From Anaeromyxobacter sp. (lineage in GTDB: Bacteria; Myxococcota; Myxococcia; Myxococcales; Anaeromyxobacteraceae): a stretch of DNA of 64,000 nucleotides. The notes under the pieces are model-generated. The model saw only the letters and a list, made by a program, of their open reading frames with translations. It searched no databases and was not told the DNA's origin. The translations under genes and the position numbers were made by a program. The DNA is taken from the NCBI GenBank assembly GCA_049840735.1, contig JASGJN010000020.1, positions 224,001-288,000 of the forward strand, given 5' to 3'. Below, in pieces: positions 27,411-36,400 of the stretch; the stretch's first letter is position 1, and each line of letters starts with the position of its first letter.

Positions 27411-28016
27411 CTACTTCAGCCGCTTCTCCGCCGCCTCCCAGTTGACGTTCTTGAAGAACGCGTCCACGTACTTGGCGCGCTCGGTGGCCTGGTAGTCGCG
27501 CATGAACGCGTGCTCCCAGCCGTCCAGCGCCAGCACCGGCTTGTAGCCCACCGGGACGTTGTCCTGGTGGAGCGAGATGAAGTGGTTGGAGAGCCAGCCG
27601 GTGGCCGGATCCTGGAAGGTCATGGCCCAGCCGATGCCGGGCATGGTGGCCACGGAGCGGAAGTCGGCCAGCCAGACCGAGTAGGAGCCGAAGGACGCCT
27701 CGATGGCGGTGCGCAGCTTGCTGCCGGCCGGCGGCTCGGCCTGCGCGCCTGGGGCGAGGTTCGCGAAGTAGTACTCGTGGTTGATCATCCCCGAGTACTC
27801 GAAGCCCAGCCGGCGGGTCAGCTCGGCGTAGACCGGGTCCGCGCCGGAGGCCTTGCCCTCGCCGGCCAGCCCCTGGAGCTTCTCGGTGAGCGCGTTGGCG
27901 CGCTTCACGTAGCCCTCGTACAGCTTCAGGTGCTCCTCGAGCTGCTTGTCCGAGATGCCGACCAGGCCGCGCACCTTCGAGAAGTCGTGCGGGGTGTAGC
28001 GCTTGACGTCTGCCAT
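27411..28016 (-). CDS. Fe/Mn superoxide dismutase family protein (atypical, ChrC-like)
   Basis: EEHLKLYEGYV, NHEYYF, FGS, GIGWA, LDGWEHAFMRDY, YVDAFFKNVNW. Confidence 0.85.
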   Translation of the reverse strand: MADVKRYTPHDFSKVRGLVGISDKQLEEHLKLYEGYVKRANALTEKLQGLAGEGKASGADPVYAELTRRLGFEYSGMINHEYYFANLAPGAQAEPPAGSKLRTAIEASFGSYSVWLADFRSVATMPGIGWAMTFQDPATGWLSNHFISLHQDNVPVGYKPVLALDGWEHAFMRDYQATERAKYVDAFFKNVNWEAAEKRLK

Positions 28017-28274
28017 GTTTGCCTCCGGAAGGCCTGGGGCCCTTGGGCTTCGCGGGCCGGGACGGCCCAGTCCCATCGCGTTGTTGGAGATGCTCGGAGT
28101 TAGGCCCGGCACCCGGATGTGTCAAGGCGCCCATCGGGGGTCGCGCCTGCGTTCACCCACAGAGAAACCGCGGGCGCGGCAGGCCGGCGCGGCGGACCGT
28201 CCCCGCCGGACCCTCGGCGCGCGGCGAGATGCCGGGGCGACACCCACAGGTGCCGCGGTGCTAAGTTGCGCCCC

Positions 28275-29188
28275 ATGCCAGGCCCCTCCCCCTTCCGTCG
28301 CCGCCTCCGGCGCGTGGCCCTGTGGGCCGCGCTGGCCGCGGCGCTGTTCGCTGCGCTGGTGGGGGTGCTGTGGGTCACGAGCCCGATCCCGCCCCTCGCC
28401 CGGACCAACCCGACCACCACCGCGCTCATCGAGCAGCGCCGGGCCGAGGCCAGGGCGCGCAAGCGGACGCTCCGGGTGCGGCGGAGCTGGGTGGGGCTGG
28501 ACCGCATCTCACCGCGGGTGCTGGACGCGGTCATCCTCTCCGAGGACGCGCGCTTCTGGGGTACGAGGGGATCGACTGGGAGGCGACGCGCGACGCCGCC
28601 CAGCACGACCTGGCCCGCGGCAGGTTCGCCCGCGGCGCGTCCACCATCACGCAGCAGCTGGCCAAGAATCTCTGGTTCGGCACCGAGAAGAGCCTCTGGC
28701 GCAAGCTCAAGGAGGCGGTGCTGGCGGCCAAGCTTGAGCGGTCGCTGAGCAAGAAGCGGATCCTGGCGCTCTACCTCAACGTGGTGGAGCTGGACGACGG
28801 CGTGTTCGGCATCGAGGCCGGCGCGCGCGCCCGCTTCGGCGTCAGCGCCGCCGGCCTGAGCACCGCCCAGGCGGTGGTGCTGGCCTCGATCCTGCCGGCG
28901 CCGCGCCGGGCGGATCTGGACCACCCCTCCACCTGGCTGAAGCGCCGCTCGCGCCGGCTGCTGGAGCGCATGGCTTCGGCCGGGCGGATCACCGCGGCCG
29001 AGCACGCGCGCGCGAAGGAAGAGCTGGAGCGCATCCTGGCCGGCGCCGCCCCGGCGGACGACGTGGAGGAGCCGCCGGAGGAGGAGGCGCCGGTGGCGGC
29101 CACCCCGGAGCCCGCGGCGCGGGACGAGGCCGGCGTGCCCGCCGCGCCGGCGAGCGGAGAGGAAGTCCCGGCGTCGGGCGCGCCCTGA
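28275..29188 (+). CDS. mtgA: monofunctional peptidoglycan transglycosylase (-1 frameshift at ~28562)
   Basis: N-terminal TM helix, SEDARFW / EGIDW, RGASTITQQLAKNL, RKLKE, KKRILALYLN. Confidence 0.9.
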
Positions 29189-29292
29189 GCGGGAGCGCAT
29201 CGGTCCTGCCGGCCCCTCGACGGGCGCGAGGCGAACGGCTTCACCTCCGCTGGCGGTGAGCCTGCCGGACCGCGCGCTGGGCGTCGTCCCCG

Positions 29293-30222
29293 CTACGGCA
29301 GCGCCAGGCACCCGCCCTGGCTGCCCAGGCTGCAGGGGGCGCCCTCGCAGCTGACGTCGGCGGGATCGTCCACCCAGGTCAGGCAGCCCGCCTGATCCCA
29401 GCACTGGGCGTAGCTCGCGCTGGCCCCGCCGGACGGCGTGTAGACCACCTCGTCCCGCCCGACCCCGACCCCGTCGAAGCGGCTCGTCACCGTGCGCCAG
29501 CCGCCGTCCTGGTCGCGCTGCGCGTGCACCAGCAGGCCGGGGCCGGCGGTGCCCGCCGCGGTCCACCCGTAGCCGCCGGCGGTGGCCAGCACGCCGAAGG
29601 TGTCCTGCGCCACGTCCACGCCCACGCTGGCCGCCTCGGTCCGGCGGTCGTAGGTGATCACCACCGCGCCCTGCCCCCAGCCCTCCTCGGCCATCCCCAG
29701 CGCCTGGAGCGCGTCGAGGTCGAGGGTGAGCGTTCCGGTCCCGCCGGAGGCGGACGCTCCGTCGAAGACGCCGGTCAGCACCGTCGTCCACTGCAGCGTG
29801 CCCTTCACCCGCGCCTGCGCGGTGAGCGTGAAGCGCGGCACCGCGCCGCCGGCGCGGACGAGCGTCAGGAGCCGCTCGCGGTCGGCGTGGGCCCCGTCCT
29901 CCACGGGCCCGACCACGCGCAGCCCGTCGGCCAGCGTCGAGGCCTCCGACCGCAGCCGCTGGTACTGGGCGAGCGCAGCGCTGGTGGCCTGGTTCATCCC
30001 GCTGGCCGCGCCGGCCGCGGCCAGCCAGGTGGCGGCCGGGCGCGTGTCGCAGGCCGGGGCCGCGGGCGGCGCCGGCACCCACACCTGCAGCTCGGAGCTG
30101 CCCGGGACGCCGCCCAGGTCCGCCGCGCCCGCCGGCGGGATCGCGCTGTTGGACCAGCTGCCGCCGCAGCCCACCAGGGCGGCCAGGGCCGCCAGCGCGG
30201 CCAGCCTATTCACCGAACGCAT
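29293..30222 (-). CDS. Cys-rich lipoprotein of unknown function
   Basis: Signal peptide with LVGC lipobox; beta-rich middle; C-terminal cluster of five Cys; start overlaps the caspase gene stop. Confidence 0.7.
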   Translation of the reverse strand: MRSVNRLAALAALAALVGCGGSWSNSAIPPAGAADLGGVPGSSELQVWVPAPPAAPACDTRPAATWLAAAGAASGMNQATSAALAQYQRLRSEASTLADGLRVVGPVEDGAHADRERLLTLVRAGGAVPRFTLTAQARVKGTLQWTTVLTGVFDGASASGGTGTLTLDLDALQALGMAEEGWGQGAVVITYDRRTEAASVGVDVAQDTFGVLATAGGYGWTAAGTAGPGLLVHAQRDQDGGWRTVTSRFDGVGVGRDEVVYTPSGGASASYAQCWDQAGCLTWVDDPADVSCEGAPCSLGSQGGCLALP

Positions 30223-31804
30223 ATTCCACTCCTCCCAGCACCTCGCCGATGCCGAGGCTCTGGTCCTTCTCGCCCTTGGCGCTGTAGTGAAGCCAGCTCA
30301 CCCGGCCCCGCAGCACGGCCGAGAGGCGCGGCGTGAACGCCCAGGCCGCGCCGGCCGTCAGCCCGGGGACCACGGCGTGGTAGTCCTGCGCCGGCAGCTG
30401 CGCGTCGGGCGCGAAGGTGCGGCTCAGGTACAGGTAGCCGACGCGGACGCCGCCGGAGAGGGTCAGCCGGTGGAGCCGCCACTCCTTCCGGAGCGAGAGC
30501 CCGCCAGCCAGCTCGGTGAAGTCGAACCGGACCCCCGGCGCGCCGCCCGGGCCCGCCGCGGTGCCGCTCCCGCCGCCCGCCGCCAGGTCCATCCCCCAGA
30601 CCAGGTCGTGCCCCAGGTCGTCGCGCGCCGCCAGCTCCGCGCCGGCCAGCAGCGCCGGCGGGAAGAGCCCGCTCCGCTCGGCGCGGTCGAAGAACGCCTG
30701 CGAGCCCACGCCGACGGTGGCGGCCCAGCGCCGTCCGCCGAAGCCCTTCTGCGGGTCGCGCTGCAGCGCCAGCCGGTCCATGCGCGCGTCGTCCACCAGC
30801 ACCGGCGCCTCGCCCAGGGACACGGGCGTCACCAGCAGCCCCGAGTCGTCCCCCAGCCGCTTCTTCACGGTGTAGCGGCCGGGCGGGAGCGCCACCCGGC
30901 GCGGACCGCCGGGCGCCTTGGCCACCTCGGCCACCGCCCGGCCGTTCGCGTCGAGCACCACGTAGAGCCCTTGCGCCTCGGCCGGGAAGACCAGCCCGCC
31001 CGCCACCGGCGCCAGGTCGGAGAGGACCACGTCCCCGGCGCCGCCCAGGTCGTAGAGGAAGACCGGGTGCTGCACGCCGGCCGCGCTCCCGGCGGTGGCC
31101 CCGACGGTGCGCTGGTAGGCGTAGGCGTAGGCCTCGGAGAGCGTCACCTTGCCGTCGCCGGAGACGTCGGCGCCGCCCAGCAGCCCGGAGGCCAGGTGGT
31201 GCGTGAAGTAGCTGGCGCCGATGGCGTCGGACTCCTGCGAGTCCTCGTCCGCGGCCGAGGAGGCGATCAGCACCAGGCCGGACGGCGCGCCCTCGGCGGG
31301 CGTGACCTCGAAGCTGGGCGCCGGGCGGACGCCCTTGGCCCGCGTGATGGCGCCGGCCTGGCAGGAGTCGAGCAGCCCGATGCGCACGTCGGCCGGGGCC
31401 GCCTCCAGCGCGGCGCGCAGCTCGGCCAGCGGCAGCGGCTGGCCGCGGAGCAGCAGGGCGCCGTCGCGGGCGTGGCCGGAGTAGTAGACCAGGACGAGCG
31501 TCCGCTCGCCGCGGGCCCGGGCCGCGCCGGCGCGGGCGGAGAGCTCGGCCAGCGCGCGCCGGAAGGCGCCTGCGCCGCCGGAGAGCAGCAGCCGCGCGTC
31601 CCCGTCCTGCACGCCGCCCACCGAGGTGAGGATGCCCAGCATGCGGCGGGCGTCCCGCTCGGCGTAGCGCAGCCGCACCGTCCCCGGCCCGCCGTCCGGC
31701 TCGCCGGCCACCAGGGCGAAGCGGTGCGGCTCGCCGGCGGAGGCCGCCGCCGGCGGGAGCGCCAGCGCCAGGGCCAGCGCGGCGCGCCGGAGCGCTCGGG
31801 TCAC
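30206..31804 (-). CDS. secreted caspase-family (peptidase C14) protein with PEGA-like and outer-membrane beta-barrel C-terminal domains
   Basis: Signal peptide; RFALVAG, LRYAERDA, YYSGHA (His), LLDSCQAG (Cys), SYFTHHLASGL; LPPGRYTV; amphipathic strands ending GVEYAF. Confidence 0.85.
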   Translation of the reverse strand: MTRALRRAALALALALPPAAASAGEPHRFALVAGEPDGGPGTVRLRYAERDARRMLGILTSVGGVQDGDARLLLSGGAGAFRRALAELSARAGAARARGERTLVLVYYSGHARDGALLLRGQPLPLAELRAALEAAPADVRIGLLDSCQAGAITRAKGVRPAPSFEVTPAEGAPSGLVLIASSAADEDSQESDAIGASYFTHHLASGLLGGADVSGDGKVTLSEAYAYAYQRTVGATAGSAAGVQHPVFLYDLGGAGDVVLSDLAPVAGGLVFPAEAQGLYVVLDANGRAVAEVAKAPGGPRRVALPPGRYTVKKRLGDDSGLLVTPVSLGEAPVLVDDARMDRLALQRDPQKGFGGRRWAATVGVGSQAFFDRAERSGLFPPALLAGAELAARDDLGHDLVWGMDLAAGGGSGTAAGPGGAPGVRFDFTELAGGLSLRKEWRLHRLTLSGGVRVGYLYLSRTFAPDAQLPAQDYHAVVPGLTAGAAWAFTPRLSAVLRGRVSWLHYSAKGEKDQSLGIGEVLGGVEYAFGE

Positions 31805-32535
31805 CGCCCCTCCCGCCGCAGCGGCCGGAGCACCACGGTGGCGCCGGGCGAGGAGGCCGCGGCGCCGGGCCCGCCCGCCTGCAGCCGCGCCACCAGCGCC
31901 GCCCCGTCCACCGGCCGATCGTCCAGCACCACCACCAGCGTCCCCTCCCCGCCGCCCGTCCACTCGAAGGCCTCGGTGAGCGGGCCGGTCCGCGCCGGTC
32001 CGGCGTAGAGCAGCGCGGCGCCGTCGGCGTCCAGCAGCGCCACCGCCGCGCTGGAGCGGGCGGCGCGCGCCAGCCCCACCCGCAGCGCCGCGCCGGCCGG
32101 CACCGCCTCGTCCGGCCCCAGCGCGCTCACCTGCCCGGCGCGCAGGGCGAAGAGCGCGACCTCAGGTCCGGCGGACCCCTTGGCCCGGTGAAGCGGCCCG
32201 ACGGCGGGGGCCCGCCCCAGCAGCGGCACCGCCAGCCCCAGCGCCAGCGCCGCCGCGGCCGCCAGCGGGGCCCAGCGCGGGAGGCGGCGCGCCGGGCGGG
32301 CGGCCCGGGCGGCCAGCCGCGAGGCCACGCCCGCCGCGAAGCGGTCGAACGGGAGCGAGCGCTCCAGCTCGGCCTGCTCCTCGGCGAAGCTGGCCCGCGT
32401 GGCCTGGCAGCGGGCGCAGTCCGCCAGGTGGGCCTCGGCCCGCTCGCGCGCCTCGCCGGCCAGCTCCCCCGCCTCGAGCTGCCGCAGGCGCAGCGACGAG
32501 CAGGGCAGCCCCGGGCCCCCCAGGAGCGCGGTCAT
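31801..32535 (-). CDS. zinc-binding anti-sigma factor (zf-HC2) with TM helix and extracytoplasmic domain
   Basis: AHLADCARC (HxxxCxxC), hydrophobic WAPLAAAAALALGLAVPLL, then a beta-rich domain; ATGA overlap with the sigma gene. Confidence 0.8.
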   Translation of the reverse strand: MTALLGGPGLPCSSLRLRQLEAGELAGEARERAEAHLADCARCQATRASFAEEQAELERSLPFDRFAAGVASRLAARAARPARRLPRWAPLAAAAALALGLAVPLLGRAPAVGPLHRAKGSAGPEVALFALRAGQVSALGPDEAVPAGAALRVGLARAARSSAAVALLDADGAALLYAGPARTGPLTEAFEWTGGGEGTLVVVLDDRPVDGAALVARLQAGGPGAAASSPGATVVLRPLRREGR

Positions 32536-33119
32536 GGCAGCACCTCCGGGTCGGGCAGCTGCAGCCCCGGGAAGGCGGCGCGGAGCGCGCCGCGGGCGGC
32601 GGACAGGAAGGACCGCAGCCGCCTGCGGACGGTGGGGAGGCTCCGGCCGGTGACGGCGGCGATCTCGGCCTGGGTCAGCTCGTCCACGAAGTAGAGCACG
32701 GCCACCTCCTGCGCCTCCGGCTCGGCGGCGCCCAGCACCGCCCGGACCAGCTCGCGCGCGTCCGGGTCGATCCCCTGCTCGCGCCAATCGCGCGCCAGCC
32801 GGGCCACCTCGTCGCGCCAGGCCGCGCGCGAGGCGCGCAGCAGGTTGAGGCAGTGGTGGGTGGTGGTCCGGAGCAGGTAGGCCGTGGGGGAGTCCGCCGC
32901 CTCGAGCTCCGGGAGCGCCCGCAGCGCGCGCACGAACACGTCCTGGGCGGCGTCGCGCGCCGCCTCCTCGTCCCGCAGCAGGAAGCGGCAGCGGGCCAGC
33001 ACCGCCGCCGCGTGGCGGCGGTAGAGCGCCTCCAGCGCGCCCTCGCCGCCGCGCGGCCGCGGCTGCAGGGGCGGCTGCGGGGCGGCGCGCCCGCCGTCCA
33101 CGACCGACAGGCGCGTCAC
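32532..33119 (-). CDS. ECF RNA polymerase sigma factor
   Basis: LYRRH, AARDAAQDVFVR, YLLRTTTHHCLN (region 2); DELTQAEIAAVTGRSLPTVRRRL (region 4). Confidence 0.9.
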   Translation of the reverse strand: MTRLSVVDGGRAAPQPPLQPRPRGGEGALEALYRRHAAAVLARCRFLLRDEEAARDAAQDVFVRALRALPELEAADSPTAYLLRTTTHHCLNLLRASRAAWRDEVARLARDWREQGIDPDARELVRAVLGAAEPEAQEVAVLYFVDELTQAEIAAVTGRSLPTVRRRLRSFLSAARGALRAAFPGLQLPDPEVLP

Positions 33120-33322
33120 GTCCCGCGCCTCCCGGCGGACGGCGCGCGGCTGGCGGGCGTCTGCATGCGGACCTCGACCTGGGCGCCGGACAGTCCGGCC
33201 GCCCGAGGGGTGGACACGCTGCCCCCTCCCCGATGGAAAGGGGACCCCATCCGGCCCACACCGGCAAGGGCGGGCCGCCCCTGCGGCGACATGGCCGGGG
33301 TGGGTCGCGAGGCCCGGACCGC

Positions 33323-34255
33323 TCAGCCGGCGCGGCGGGCGCGGAAGAACTCCAGCGTCCGGGCCAGGCCGTCGGCCAGCGGCACCTCCGGGCGCCAGCC
33401 GATGGCGGCGGCCGCGGAGGGGTCGATGCAGGAGCGGCGCTGCTCGCCGGCGCGGGCCGGGGCGTGCTCGGCCGGGAGGCTCACGCCGGCGGCGCGGGCC
33501 AGGTGGCCGTAGACCGTGTTCACGTCGGTCTCGACGCCGGTCCCGACGTTGAGCGGGCCGTCGAACCGCTTCTCGGCCGCCAGCAGGTTGGCCCGGGCAA
33601 CGTCGCCCACGAAGACGTAGTCGCGCGTCTGGCCGCCGTCGCCGTAGACCGTGCAGGGCTTCCCGTCCAGCAGCCGGCCGCAGAAGATGGCCACCACGCC
33701 GGCCTCGCCGTGCGGGTCCTGCCGCGGGCCGTAGACGTTGGCGTAGCGCAGCGCCGTGAAGGGGATCCCGAAGTTGGCGCGGTAGACGCCGAGGTAGATC
33801 TCGCTGGCCGCCTTGGCGGCCCCGTAGTGCGGAACCGGGCGCTGCGGGTGGCTCTCCGGCGTGGGGATGACCGGGGTGTCGCCGTAGGTGGCGCCGCCGG
33901 AGGAGGCGAAGAGGACGTGCTCGACCGAGCCGGCCTCCACCGCCGCCTGCATCAGCGAGAGCAGGCCGCCCACGTTGACGTCGGCGTCGAAGCGCGGGTC
34001 CGCCATGGAGCGGCGGACGTCGATCTGCGCCGCCTGGTGGCAGATCACCTGCGGCTTCTCCTTCTTCACCGCCTCGGCGGCGGCGGCGCTGCGCAGGTCC
34101 ACCGGGTAGAAGCGGGCGCCGGGCGGCACGTTCTCGCGCTTGCCGGTGGACAGGTCGTCCAGCACCGCCACGTCCCAGCCGGCCTGCAGGAAGAGGTCCG
34201 CGATGGTGGACCCGATGAACCCCGCCCCGCCGGTGATCAGCACGCGCTTGCCCAT
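33323..34255 (-). CDS. NAD-dependent epimerase (UDP-glucose 4-epimerase-like)
   Basis: VLITGGAGFIGS, HQAAQIDV, SSGGATYG, YGAAK, YANVYGPRQ. Confidence 0.88.
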   Translation of the reverse strand: MGKRVLITGGAGFIGSTIADLFLQAGWDVAVLDDLSTGKRENVPPGARFYPVDLRSAAAAEAVKKEKPQVICHQAAQIDVRRSMADPRFDADVNVGGLLSLMQAAVEAGSVEHVLFASSGGATYGDTPVIPTPESHPQRPVPHYGAAKAASEIYLGVYRANFGIPFTALRYANVYGPRQDPHGEAGVVAIFCGRLLDGKPCTVYGDGGQTRDYVFVGDVARANLLAAEKRFDGPLNVGTGVETDVNTVYGHLARAAGVSLPAEHAPARAGEQRRSCIDPSAAAAIGWRPEVPLADGLARTLEFFRARRAG

Positions 34256-34273
34256 TCCAGCTCCTTGTCTACG

Positions 34274-34314
34274 GGGGGCTGCGCCCCTCCCCCTGCTTCG
34301 CAGGGCTCCCACCC
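34274..34314. repeat. REP-like element, same family as 45196-45440
   Basis: GGGGCTGCGCCCCTCCCC-hairpin(CCTGCTTCGCAGG)-CCCCACCC in the intergenic gap. Confidence 0.6.
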
Positions 34315-34350
34315 TGGGGTCCCAGTCGCTCCAACAGCCTCGTCCGCCTT

Positions 34351-35292
34351 CTACACCCGCTCGCGGAACCAGGCGATGGTCCGCTTCATCCCCTCGTCGA
34401 AGTCCACCCTGGGCTCCCAGCCCAGCACCTCGCGGGCCCGGGTGATGTCCGGCTTCCGCAGCCGCGGATCGTCCTGCGGCAGCGGCTTGGTCTCGATGGG
34501 CAGGTTGGTGCCGATGAGCCGCTGCACCGCCTTCGCGAACTCCAGGATGGACAGCTCGTGCGGGTTGCCGATGTTGACCGGCTCCGTGGTGCTGGAGTTG
34601 AGCAGCCGCCACTGGGCGTCCACGTTGTCCTCGACATAGCAGAAGCTGCGCGTCTGCGAGCCGTCGCCAAAGACCGTGATGGGCTCACCGCGCAGGGCCT
34701 GGGCCACGAAGGCCGGCACCACGCGCCCGTCGTCCAGCCGCATGCGGGGGCCGTAGGTGTTGAAGATGCGCGCGATGCGCACCTGCACGCCCTCGTACCG
34801 GTGGTAGGCCATGGTGATGGCCTCGGCGAACCGCTTGGCCTCGTCGTAGACCGAGCGCGGGCCGATGGGGTTCACGTTCCCCCAGTAGGTCTCCTTCTGC
34901 GGGTGCTCCAGCGGATCGCCGTACACCTCGGAGGTGGACGAGAGCAGAAACACCGCCCCGGAGCGCTTGGCCAGCTTGAGCGCGTTCTCGACGCCGTGCG
35001 AGCCGACGTGCAGGGTCTGGAACGGGTGCTTCAGGTAGTCGATGGGCGACGCCGGCGAGGCGAAGTCCAGCACCGCGTCGATGCGGCCGGTGATCCGGTC
35101 CAGCGGCGCGCAGATGTCGGCCTCCACGAAGTCGAAGCGCGACTCCCGGGTGAGGTGCTCGAGGTTCCGCTCGGTGCCGGTGATGAAGTTGTCGACCCCG
35201 GTGACGCGCCACCCCTCCGCCAGGAAGCGATCAACGAGGTGGCTGCCGATGAACCCGGCGGCGCCGAGGATGACGGCTCTCTTGTCGGTCAT
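34351..35292 (-). CDS. UDP-glucuronate decarboxylase (UDP-xylose synthase family)
   Basis: [55 protein letters not shown]. Confidence 0.92.
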   Translation of the reverse strand: MTDKRAVILGAAGFIGSHLVDRFLAEGWRVTGVDNFITGTERNLEHLTRESRFDFVEADICAPLDRITGRIDAVLDFASPASPIDYLKHPFQTLHVGSHGVENALKLAKRSGAVFLLSSTSEVYGDPLEHPQKETYWGNVNPIGPRSVYDEAKRFAEAITMAYHRYEGVQVRIARIFNTYGPRMRLDDGRVVPAFVAQALRGEPITVFGDGSQTRSFCYVEDNVDAQWRLLNSSTTEPVNIGNPHELSILEFAKAVQRLIGTNLPIETKPLPQDDPRLRKPDITRAREVLGWEPRVDFDEGMKRTIAWFRERV

Positions 35293-35300
35293 GTGGGAAT

Positions 35301-35495
35301 CTACTTCTTGCCGGCGGTCACGTCTTCGAGTGAGAGCTGGCCCGGGAGCGCGCCTCGGTACTTCTCCAGGACCAGGTCGATGCCCTGCCGGACGTACTCC
35401 GCCACCGGGACCTTCGTACGCTCGTGGAGCACCTTCAGCCGCTCGCTCTGCTCGGGCGTAATGTAGACGGTGGTGGAGATCTTCTTTCGTGCCAT
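35301..35495 (-). CDS. ribbon-helix-helix DNA-binding protein
   Basis: [43 protein letters not shown]: beta-alpha-alpha RHH pattern. Confidence 0.8.
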   Translation of the reverse strand: MARKKISTTVYITPEQSERLKVLHERTKVPVAEYVRQGIDLVLEKYRGALPGQLSLEDVTAGKK

Positions 35496-35523
35496 GGGTC
35501 GGCCGGCCCCGGGATCGGGCCCG

Positions 35524-35552
35524 AACCTATGTGAGCGCTGATATAGTGTCAA
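35524..35552 (-). promoter_or_regulatory. sigma70-type promoter for the RHH-nucleotide-sugar operon
   Basis: TTGACA-17 nt-TAGGTT on the minus strand; a divergent TTGAGC-18-TACAAT lies at 35569-35598 on the plus strand. Confidence 0.55.
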
Positions 35553-35626
35553 ACATGGTCACGGCGGCTTGAGCCCACGCGGAGCGGGTGGCTACAATCC
35601 CGGACCTTCCCAGCGAGGTCGTCCCC

Positions 35627-36285
35627 ATGCGCCGAGCCCTCCTCCTCCCCTTCGGTCTCCTCGCCCTCTCCTGCGCGCACCGGTCCGCCCCCCGACCGAC
35701 TCCGGGCCGGGCCCGGCGCCTGCGTCGGTCGACGCCATCCCGGAGCTCAAGCCCCAGGAGGGCGAGACCCGCGCCGGCTTCGACCTGAACCACGACGGCA
35801 AGCCGGACTACTGGAAGTACGCGCGGGTGGTCGCGGAGGGCAAGGAGGTCGTGACCCGCAAGGAGAAGGACCTCAACGGCGACGGCAAGGTGGACGTCTG
35901 GGAGGCCTACGACGCCGAGGGGCAGCTGGTGAAGCAGGTCTATGACCTGGACTTCGACGGCAAGCCGGACGTGGTGGCCAGCTACGAGAAGAGCCAGCTG
36001 GTGAAGAAGGAGTACGCCTTCGGCTTCGACGGCGTGGCCCGCACCATCGCGTTCTACGAAGAGGGCAAGCTGGTCCGCAAGGAGCAGGACACGCGCAACG
36101 CCGGCAAGATCGACACCTGGGAGTACTGGGAGAACGGCAAGCTCGACCGGCGCGGCATGGACCTGGACGGCGACGGCCAGGTGGACCGCTGGGAGAAGAG
36201 CTCGGACGCGCCCATCCCCCCGGAGTCGGAGCTGGACCCGGTGGTCCCGACCACCGCGCAGCCGGCCGCCCCGGCCAGGAAGTAG
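35627..36285 (+). CDS. lipoprotein with repeated DxDxDG Ca-binding-like motifs (frameshift at ~35690)
   Basis: MRRALLLPFGLLALSC lipobox, then after a C-run frameshift DLNHDGKPD, DLNGDGKVD, DLDFDGKPD, DLDGDGQVD. Confidence 0.75.
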
Positions 36286-36400
36286 CCGCCGGGCGGTCCG
36301 CGGCGCGGACCCCTGGTCCGCCGCGCGGCCGCCCCCGCTCGCGTCCTCCGCCTGATCTCGAGGGGTTGCGCGTGGCATGCGCCGCGCACTGGGGCGCCGC

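Noticed and set aside
30206..31804. Caspase as part of a gasdermin or CRISPR-linked abortive-infection system
   Set aside because: It has a signal peptide and barrel, and there is no gasdermin, NLR/TPR sensor or cas gene adjacent.
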